From: Octopus sinensis
Taxonomy: Eukaryota
Assembly: GCF_006345805.1 (NCBI RefSeq)
Contig: NC_043013.1
Coordinates: forward strand, 24,118,001 to 24,182,000
DNA: 64,000 bases
Reading direction: 5' to 3'
In this document: in pieces, positions 11,505 through 21,672 of the stretch
Position numbering within the stretch: the stretch's first letter is position 1
How the letters are laid out: each line of letters opens with the position of its first letter
Translations under genes and position numbers: made by a program
Notes under the pieces: generated by a model
Told to the model about the DNA's origin: nothing
What the model saw: the letters and a program-made list of their open reading frames with translations, nothing else
The model's database searches: none

Positions 11505-13622
11505 TTGTCTTTGTACGAAATGACTAGTGATTTGCATGAAGTTTTGGAGCTCCTGGAGAGTGTGGACTTGGAAGAAAGTGTGGAAGATTATGCAGCAGCA
11601 GTCGGTAAATACAACATGGGGTGAGAGGCCGCGGAAAAATTTCAACCAATTCTGTGGGGAGAGGGAGCAAAGAAGCCACAAAGGAAACATAAAAAAGAAT
11701 GATAATTTATAGAATATCAAATCCTCAAGTATAATCCACATTTTTTCCCCAAAATTTAAAGGTCATAATCCCTAGTGGTTAAAAATGAAAAATATTTTCT
11801 AAGCAATGTCCGAGTCTCTATTTGCTGTCCGGCAATGTTTATTCAGAAGCATTTTGTGATGTCGGGCACGAAAATACCTTAAGTTAAGCTTGAAAGCAAT
11901 GAAGTCATAAAAGAATCATCCATAACTTGCAGTAAGCAACATTTATTAAAATAAAAGTATTCAGAACAGAATAACATATAACAAAAACAATTTGCAAACA
12001 TATTTACATTCCCCTATAACAGTTAAGAACATCACCATTATTGTATTACACATGCGCGGAAGTGTTTGTTCGACTAGGTGCTGCTGGCTTAATTATGCAC
12101 AAATTGTGTTAAATAGTTTAGCGCTAAATAGTTCATCCTGCTGCTTGTATTGGCAGTTTGCATCATTACTGTGACAAACAATAGCTACTTAATTAAATAC
12201 CAGTATTATATGTTTGAACTACTGTGGGTCTTTACTAGGGATTTTTTTTTTATAAGCAGGACTTAAACTTGTACATTAATCTCCAATAAAACATTTTATA
12301 CATTACATGCCCATAAAATGACTCGTAGATCTTATTCAGCTATGTTTAAACTTGAAGTTATATGCTGAAAAGCATGGTAATAGGGCCGCCGGAAGAAAAT
12401 TTGAAAAGCTACATGTTTCCATTATGTTATATATATACAACAATAAAGGACGTTACCGTATACATTTTTACAAACCAAGGACGTTATATAGACCTTGACT
12501 AAAATTAGAGAAGGGGTGCGTATTATACACAAGGTTTAGGTTTTTCAGAGGTACAGCTCCCTAAAAATCGTCTGCGTATTATACTCAAGGATTTACGGTA
12601 CTAGCTCTTAAAACAAAGAAAATAGACATAGCGTCTACCAAAGAAATTGAAAAGGCCTTATTTTGTTCAAGATAGCATTCATGAAAAGAGGAAAGAAATT
12701 CGGTACCATGGAAGTACAATGCCTGTCAAAAATACTAAGCTAGGGATGATTCCGCGATCACCCCCGCAGAAGAACGAGTTGGCTCCTTTACTGTCAATTG
12801 CAATAGCTTATTCACCTGAACTTAGATCGGCGTGGCTTCTTGCAACTGCTTGCTCCACTATCAAGAAGGCAGTGATACTGCTGGAGTTGGAGGAGAAAAA
12901 AGTGCAGAACCAGTGTGGCAAGAGTCTTCAGGGCGACAGTTCAAGTCACACCATCGGAACTGAATGAAATTCGAGAATTTCTAATTCTGCTGGAGCAGAC
13001 AGAGAGAGTCTCGGTCCAGGTAGAATCCCAAGATGTTTCGAGTGCCGACTGAAGGGACACTCAAGAAAAACGTGTCCCCAGACCCTTCAACCAGAAGGAC
13101 AAGAAAAAAAAAACCGGATGAACCAAAGAAACAGCAAGAGAAGCCGAACAAGGAAGCTGCAGGTGAGGAGGAAGAGAAGACAGTGGAGAAGGAGAATTGC
13201 GCGCGGGAGGAAGCTGGACCGTCCACATCTACCGAGGTGAGGAGGAATGGTCAGTTGCAGGGAGGAAGTGGAACGATAAGTTCTCGTTCTCTTCGTCCAA
13301 ACAAACACCAAAGTTTTAAAAACGATGCACAAGGACAGATACGAACGCAGACAGCAAAAAGGAAAAAGATACCCGCTAAAATAACACTGAACATGCAACA
13401 CACAGCAAGGACAAAACGACAAAAATATTTAAAAATGCATAAAGACTTTCTAAAAATGTTCAATGGCGTTATCTGGAGTGTGGGGTTCGAGTTAACGTCG
13501 TTCCACCTTTTCATTTGTCATTACCATTCTTTTCGTTCGATTTTATTTTCCCACACTTTTGTGTTTTGTCTGTCCTTGTCTCTTCCCTCTATGTTAGGCC
13601 CTGTATAGCCAAATAAAGAAAT
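11505..13622 (+). mobile_element. Degenerate ORF1-only (gag-like) retroelement, copy 1, interrupted by a DNA transposon
   Basis: ATG at 11520 (MTSDLHEVLELLESVD). CCHC knuckle CFECRLKGHSRKTC at 13034-13075, then a charged low-complexity tail and a 3' end ccctgtatagccaaataaagaaat. Colinear with copy 2. No RT or endonuclease motif. Confidence 0.72.
11717..12598. mobile_element. Non-autonomous Tc1/mariner-superfamily (pogo/Tc2-like) TIR element
   Basis: TA at 11715-16 and 12599-600. Left end TCAAATCCTCAAGTATAATCCACA resembles the reverse complement of the right end, CCGTAAATCCTTGAGTATAATACGCA. The paralogous empty site is at ~14465-14480. Confidence 0.8.
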
Positions 13623-15650
13623 ACAGTCAGCGAGCTACGCCTTTGTGTTGCGGTTGGTTATTTGTTTGACGTCATTATGTTGCAGCTGTTCCCTTTGGGA
13701 CTACCTCATGTTTAAAAAAAAAACTGGAGTGGCTGTGTGGTAAGTAGCTTGCTAACCAACATGGTTCCGGGTTCAGTCCCACTGCGTGGCATCTTGGGCA
13801 AGTGTCTTCTGCTATAGCCCCGGGCCGACCAATGCCTTGTGAGTGGATTTGGTAGACGGAAACTGAAAGAAGCCTGTCGTATATATGTATATGTATGTAT
13901 GTGTGTGTATATGTTTGTGTGTCTGTGTTTGTCCCCCTAGCATTGCTTGACAACCGATGCTGGTGTGTTTACGTCCCCGTCACTTAGCGGTTCGGCAAAA
14001 GAGACCGATAGAATAAGTACTGGGCTTACAAAGAATAAGTCCCAGGGTCGATTTGCTCGACTAAAGGCGGTGCTCCAGCATGGCCGCAGTCAAATGACTG
14101 AAACAAGTAAAAGAGTAAAGAGAGTTGTCTTTCGACACATTGTTCGCCGGAACAGGCTTGGTACTCCTGTTGTTCCCCCCGTTAGGGCCGAATTGTTAGC
14201 ATTTTGTGTGGGAATTGTGCCCGCACAAAATGATTTGTTATTTGTATTAAGTGTTGGAGCTCCTGGAGAGCGTCGACGCGGAGTACGAAAGCGACTCGGA
14301 AGAATGTGTGGACGATTATGCAGCAACGGTCGGTAAAAAGCAAAGAAGATATGCCAGGCCAGACGGCGTGGAAAAATTTCAACCAATTCTGCGAGAAGGG
14401 AGCAAATGTGAGAGTAACTCCACCCAAAGAAGCCACAGATGAACCGAGAATAAGAACGATAATTCATAGAACACTATCTCCTAAAACAAAGAAAATAGAC
14501 ACAGCGTCTACCAAAGCCTATTTTGTTCACGGTGGCTTTCATGAAAAGAGGTAAGAAATTCGGTACCGTGGAGGTACAATTCATGTCAGAATACGATGCT
14601 AGGATGATTTCGCGATGACCATACAGGCAAACAAGCTGGCTGTGTTATCTTCATACCTTGGCAAAAGAACCACAAAAATCGCAATAGGAAGTTATCCACC
14701 TGAAATCAGATCGGTGTGGCTTCTGGCAGCCGCTTCCTCCAATATCAAGGAGGTGGTAACACTGCTGGAGTTCGAGGAGTAAAAAGTGCAGAACTGGTGT
14801 GGCGGGAGTCTTCGAGCGACAATTCAAGCCACACTAGCAGAACTGGAGGAAATTCCTGACTTAATAATTCTGCTGGAGGAGACAACTCGATCCGGGGCAG
14901 ACTCCCAAGATGTTTCGAGTGTCGACTGAAAGGGCACATAAAAAAATGTGCCCCCATACCCTTGTGCATGAAGCACAAGGGGAAAAAACAGGTTAAATCA
15001 AAGGAGCAGCAAGAGAAGCCTAAACAGGAACCTCCAGGTGAGGAGTTAGAGAAGCAGGGAGAGGCGGAGAAGACAGTGGAGAAGGGGAATTGCGCACCGG
15101 AGGAAACTGGACCGTCCACATCTACCGAGGTAAGTGAAGAGGAATTGATCAGTTGCAAGGAGGAAAAGGAAAGCAAAAGTTGTTCTCTTCCTCCAACAAA
15201 CACAAGATGCTTAAAAACGAATGCACGAGAACAGATACGAACGCAGATAAAAGACATTACAAATGCAGACAACAAAATGGAAAAAGATACCCCAAAAAAG
15301 AATATACAACACACAGCAGGAACAAAAATAAACGCACAAGAACAGATACGAACGCAAACAAAATCATTACAAACACAGACAGCAAAAAAAGTTACCCAAA
15401 AAAATAACACTGAATATACAACACAAACACAGCAGGAAGAAAGAGACAAAAATAACATAACTGTTTAAAAACTCTTTCTAAAAATGTTCAGTGACGTTAT
15501 CTGGAGTGTGGGGTTCGAGTTAACGTCGTTCTCCCTTGCCATTTATCATTACTATTTTTTTCATTCGATTTAAATTCCCCCAACTATTGTGTTTTGTCTG
15601 TCCTCCTTCGTTCCCTCTATATTAGGTCCTGTGTGGCCAAATAAAGAAAT
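13623..15650 (+). mobile_element. Degenerate ORF1-only retroelement, copy 2, with a SINE inserted in its 5' region
   Basis: RRM-like KRGKKFGTVEVQFMSEYDAR from 14541, then YLGKRTTKIAIGSYPPEI and the knuckle CFECRLKGHIKKC at 14911-14949. Same 3' tail (ggtcctgtgtggccaaataaagaaat) as copy 1. Confidence 0.72.
13726..14122 (+). mobile_element. tRNA-derived SINE family A (ggagtggctgtgtggtaagtagc head). Other copies at ~3680-4320 (-, interrupted), 8980-9125 (-), 19510-19770 (-), 35550-35945 (-), 46910-47315 (-), 58333-58710 (+), 61243-61663 (-)
   Basis: A and B boxes, central (c/t)ttgggcaagtgtcttc block, internal (TA/TG) microsatellite, tail gactgaaacaagtaaaagagtaa. Confidence 0.9.
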
Positions 15651-15659
15651 ACAGTTAGC

Positions 15660-18290
15660 TGAGAATGTAAACAAGGACAAGTTCTACGGAAACCTACAGA
15701 AAGTGCCGAAGCAGTTTTTATCCTCTGCGACTCCAGTGTAAAAGTTGAGTCGGATCAGCAGATATGGCCAACTTGTCTTGGCCGCTTTGGAATCGCGAAG
15801 TTCAATGAAAACGGTCCGAGATTGATTTGCAGAATTCTGCTCCAGTAACCGCCTCTCCATCACAAATATCTTCTATAATGGCAAGGACTGTCATATGGAC
15901 TCTTCCATCGTACCATCTTAAAGCTAGTCATTGGCATCAAATCGATTTTGCCATCGTTAGAAGTAATCTAAACAGTGTAAATTCAATTAAGGTCATTCCA
16001 CAGTGCTGACTGCAGTATTGACCTCTTATTGATCATCACCAAGACGAAAATATACCAAAAAGCGTTCACAGATCAAAGAAGCCGAAGAAACTAGAAATCA
16101 ACTTTAGAAATGTTAGCAACAAGGAACTGAAAGCAGTCTTTCAGAAGCAAATCAAAGATCAGCTCCTGGAAATAGATAAAAATTTCACAGAGGAGATGTG
16201 GACTTGTGTTAGGACGGCCATTTATGGTTCAGCTTCGAAAGTACTTGCTGCAACAAAGGTATCTCGGACAGACTAGATTGAAACTATCACTGATACCACT
16301 GATTGAGGGAAAATGGGCTGCTCTACTGGCATGCAATAAGACCCTATCAAATAGGGTCACAAAGAAGCAAGAAGATGTACTAACTTCTACTGGAAAAATC
16401 TTTATGTAGACATTCAGAGGACTTCTGACACTGGTGACATAAGGAGGATGTATGAGAAGACCCGAGTTGCTCTTTGACCACAGATCAACAAAGTAGCATT
16501 GCTAAAATCCTTATCGGGAAAACAGATCACAGATAAACACTAGGGGATGGCGATATAGGTTGAACATTACTCGTGCCTCTGCCTCACAAGACCGATCAAT
16601 GGATGAAAGCCTACAAAAATTGCCCAACTTGCACAGATGACGGAATTTGACAAAGAAACCACCCAGGAGGAACTGGCAAAAACATTGATGAGCTCGCAAG
16701 TGGAAAGCCTCTGGCAATGACAATATACTAGCAGAAGTAGTGAAAGGGAACAAGGATACCATCCTCTCTGCTATGTACAAGTTCTTGATTCTCTGTTAGA
16801 AGAATGGAGAGTTCCCACAAGACATGAGAGATGCCAACGTAGTGAGCCTGTATAAGAACAAGGGAGACAAAGAAGATTGCAACAACTGCAGAGGCATTTA
16901 ATTGCTGTGTATTTGCTCGATTACTGTTGAAACGGCTGCAGAAGTTAGCAGAGAGAGTTCTTCCAGAAAGTCAGCGCGACTTCAGTTCAGGCCGCTCAAC
17001 AATGGACATGATATTTTCCATTCGACAGCTCCAAGAAAAGTGTTGCAAATAAGGTCGATCCCTACACGTGGAATTTGTAGACCTAACAAATGCGTTTGAT
17101 ACAGAAGATCAATCAGAGTTCTTCACAAAATTGGATGTCCACCAACTCTTCAACTTATGTCCTTCCGTGAAGGTATGAAAACAACGGTCCATTTCGATGG
17201 TTCCACATCAGAGAGCTTTGAGATTAGAAGCGGTGTTAAACAGAGTTGTGTTCTGGCACTGACCCTTTTCGGCATATTTGCCATGCTGTTGCAGTTTGCC
17301 TTCAAGGAATCCCCCGGAGATGTCAGCCTTTCCCGGAGAATGAGTGCTTTTCAATATTGCACACCTCAGAGCAAAGACCAAGGCAACCCTGATCAGAGAT
17401 CTCCTCTTTGCAGACGACGCAGTCCTGGTTGCCCACATGCTCTACAAACAATGACGGAGCAACTTTTATAAGCCTGCAAAGTATTTTCTCTTGTAAGCAG
17501 CATTAAGAAAACTGTCATTCTGACGCAAGATGGCACAGCTCAAGGCAACATCTTGCTGGACAACAAGCCTTTGGAGGTTGTAAGGAAATTCTGCTATCTT
17601 GAGTTCACGATGAACTCAACAACCTCTCTAGACTACGAAATATGTGTTGCGATAAAAAGTAACGCTGATACAGCCTTTGATAGACTCAGCAAAGAAGCAT
17701 GGAACAACATGATACAGTGAAAACCAAAATCAGGATTTATGAAGAATGTATACTGAATACCCTCCCCTATAGATCAGAGATTTGGACACAATACATAGGA
17801 CAAGAGAAGCTCAATGTTTTTCATCTGAGATGTCTGCGCAAGATCCTTGGCATTACGTGATAAGACGAAGTAACCAACATAGAAGTCTTAAAACAGGCAG
17901 TACTTCCAAGCAAAAGGGGATTTAAATGGCTCGGAAATGTGAAGCAGATGGATGACAATAGAATTTCCAGACGGTTGTTATATGGTGAGTTGGCTTAGAG
18001 TAGCAGATCCAGAATTTTCAAAGCTGATATTTAAGGACATATGTAAGAGCAGCCTGACCAAGTGCCACATCGATGCAAAGACTTGGGAAAAGTTAGGCGA
18101 GGACAGAACAGTATGGGAAACCTCAGTGAACAGTCAAACAACACGAAGAAGAAAATATCTTGGTCTTCGTCGCAAAACGCCAAAGAAAGAAAACCAACCC
18201 ACTGCAGCACTGCATCACTTCCCTTGCAAATTTTTGCAGCAGAACTTAATTACTGACAGGCGCTGGTCTCAAAGCTTATAAATAAATAGA
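15660..18290 (+). mobile_element. Heavily degenerate RTE-clade LINE (end of endonuclease plus RT)
   Basis: Motifs KFNENG, FEIRSGVKQSCVLALTLFGI, DLLFADDA and KFCYL, with many stops and frameshifts. Confidence 0.85.
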
Positions 18291-18767
18291 AAGTGGAGAA
18301 ATCGAAAGTTTTCTTTGTGTCAGGTAATAAAAAGAAAAGACGAAAAAACTTTCGAATTCCTATTAATTTTTCTTATTCTGTTTTAGAATTTAGGTGGTGT
18401 ACACTGTATTGACAATCTGACAAGAAACACACAGAAGTTTCAACAAATGAAATCCATAGGAAATCGACTGGTGTAATTATGACGAAGTGTAAGCGGCGTT
18501 TCCCCCAACCGACTATTTTTAGTGTTTACATTAGTATGCAATTTAAAAATCCGTAAAACATTCAAGCTGTGACTTGTAAGAAGAAAGAAAATGCAATAAA
18601 ACCAAAATAAATAATAAGAGCCCAGATCCCCAAATATAAGCTTTTGTAAACTAATGGATTTCTGGTGAATCAATGATATCTATGAACAAAAAGGAATGAA
18701 ACGCAATTGATCTAACATTGCAATATGTGGTCATTACATGAAAAAAAAAAAGCGCAATTCAGGTTAA

Positions 18768-19440
18768 TCTATATATATAAAACTGTAGTTGTGTGAGTGT
18801 CTGTCTCCTACGATTTAGATTCCTAACTACTCCCACATTTTGCGGTGCAGTTTAACCAAATTCGGGTATCTTATAGTCGTGATTCATATCGAGCCCGTCT
18901 GAGTATTAGCGCGCGTTTACGATGAGTCTACGATTTTAAAAATAATTTAACATCATTTTTTATTCCATTTTAATGCATAATTTTTCGTGTGTCGATGGCG
19001 GCGGAGTTGGCGTCCATGGTCACACCTGCACCTGTTTGCTTCTCCCCCTTCTTCCCTCCCTCGTGAAGCTGTGGGGAAGGGAGTGTAAGGAAATCAACGT
19101 CGTAAAGCGTTGTCAAGGAGACCAGCGTTCTTTTAGAACAACGACTTCATGGCTTGAAGACACCAAAACAGAAATGGCTAAGAAAGCGTCTACGATGAGT
19201 CTACGATTTTAAAAAAAAATTTACCATCATTTTTTCCATTTTAATGCATTTTTCGCTATTATATAAGGGAAGTAACTCTTTAAAAATGTCTACGATGAGT
19301 CAACGATTAAAAAAAAATTACCATCATTTTTTATTCCATTTTAATGCATTTTTTTGCGAATTTTTTTGCTATAACTCTCTAAAAATGCTTATATAGTTAT
19401 TTCCCTTACAAACCCGAGCAACGCCGGGCGATACTGCTAG
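18768..19440 (+). mobile_element. Non-autonomous Helitron
   Basis: 5' TC(TATATATAAAA), subterminal GC hairpin cccgagcaacgccggg, 3' CTAG. Inserted between A18767 and T19441 with no TSD. Confidence 0.85.
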
Positions 19441-20931
19441 TGTTATATAAAAAAAGAAAACTAGCAGAGAGATACCCGGCCTTGCTCGGAATTAAAATGG
19501 CATAGAATTTAAGTGTTTTACTTGTTTCAGTCATGTGATTGCGGCCATGCTGGGGCAACGCCGTTGGTCGAACAAATCGACCACAGGATTTATTCGTTGT
19601 AAGTTTAGTACTTCTTCTATCAGTGTCTTTTGCGAAACCGATAAGTTATAGGATCGTAAACACAGCAACATCGGTTGTCAAGCAATGGCAGGGGTACAAA
19701 CACAGACAAATACATACATATATGCGACAGTTTTCTTTCGGTTTGTGAACGAAATCCACTCAAGTTAGGGTGCTAAATCCACATAGGTTTCAAGTTTTGA
19801 CAAAATAACACGGATTATCCAATCTGAGAGCTACAATCCCTTTTTGCATGAGTGATATGGTAAAAAGGACGTCCCGACTTTGTAAGTAAGTTGAGGCTCA
19901 CATGAGAATGCCCCCTGTCTTAAAAGACTGAGATTAGATCCTGAACCCTCTACAAGAGTTAAGGTTTATGTGGTAACTTAACGCAAATCTGAACTCCAAA
20001 GTATTCACAATTTATCAAATCTTGTAAATAAGTAGTAGTTTGTATAAATGTAGTTTGTATAAATGTAGTTTGATTGTCATTAAGTACATCTATGGTTATG
20101 CATGAAATGCTGAATAGAAAGTTTCTAGAGTTTCACGGTTTCATCTGGTTGATGTTACGTTGGCGTGTTGTCTCTTTGGAGTGAAAAAGCTCAGTGTATG
20201 TGGTGTATAATCGGCAGAATTTGAAAGTTTTACCGTTAGATTTGCACAATCACATTATTTTTGTTTGCGATTAATTTATCTTATCTCTGTATTTATTTCT
20301 GCGTTGTGCTAGGAGTCTATCATGAATCATTTGTGGAGAATTCTGTATTTAATAGATGTATTATTTACTAATGTTTTCCTATGTATTTCATTTTGCATTG
20401 TATGATATAGTGTGTCGCAAGAATATTTAGCAGCCTCAAAACTTAAAAATCGAACCTGACTACAGTTTTCGATGCAAAAAAAACCCTCATAAGAACCTTA
20501 AGAACACGATCGTGATTCGCTAAAATATTACCAACGTCATCGGAAAAGGCGACCATTCAAGACTTAATTCAAGACCAGATCTAATAACAATTTCATCTCT
20601 AGTGCTCTTTTTCTGACCAAGATCATCACAATGCATTCAGTGAATTTTCGCTACCACCGAGAAGAGATCCGACAGAGACAGCTCACGACAGACAGAGATA
20701 GCAGACAGCAGGAAGTAGCAGAACCAGCAGCAGGGTAGAGCGCTGTCACAACATGAAAAAACGAATGGCGGCGGCGGCAACACCCAACAATCAGATAACA
20801 TCAAGAAACTCACAACTACGACGGCTATCATATCTAGTCCAACAACAATAAACTTTGAACTATCTCGATGTTTGTTGCCCGTAGTAACGGCAACATTTTT
20901 GTTAGCGATAAATATAAGTTTTTATTAAAAA

Positions 20932-21327
20932 CTAGCAGTATCGCCCGGCGTTGCTCGGGTTTGTAAGGAAAATAACTATATAAGTATTTTTAGAGAGTTA
21001 TAGCCAAAAAATAGCAAAAAATGCATTAAAAATGGAAAAAAAATTATGGTAAATTTTTTTTTAAATCGTTGACTCATCGTAGACATTTTTAGAGAGTTAC
21101 TTCCCTTATATAATAGCGAAAAAATGCATTAAAATGGAAAAAAAATGATGGTAATTTTTTTTTAAATCGTAGACTCATCGTAGACGCGCGCTAATACCCA
21201 GAAGGGCTCGATATGAATCACGACTATAAGATACCGGTTTTCGTTAAACTGCACCGCAAAATGTGGGAGTAGTTAGGAATCTAAATCGTAGGAGACAGAC
21301 ACACAACCTTTCTTTTATATATAAAGA
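20932..21327 (-). mobile_element. Non-autonomous Helitron, shorter copy of the 18768 family
   Basis: Reverse-complement match to both ends of 18768-19440. TC...CTAG termini and A|T insertion site. Confidence 0.85.
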
Positions 21328-21634
21328 TTTCAAAAAGATTTGTGTTCTTTATCGTTAAAAGCGCATAGCAAATACTTGTCGGGACTGCTAAGTGAACCGG
21401 TTGGTGCCTTGTTAGTATGGCTAATAAAACTGCTGGAGTGAAGTTTAAAGTAATTTTCATATGCATCCGAAATATCACTAAAATAACAGTAAAACACTAC
21501 TCCTTCACTCACTCGGAATAACATTATATTCATGGACGTGAAGTATCATTTCAAGGTGTATATCACATAGTATAATTATAAACAGGGTAAGTTTTAACCA
21601 TTTCTCCGCAGTCTGAAAAAATGAACAATATATA

Positions 21635-21668
<34 letters not shown>

Positions 21669-21672
<4 letters not shown>

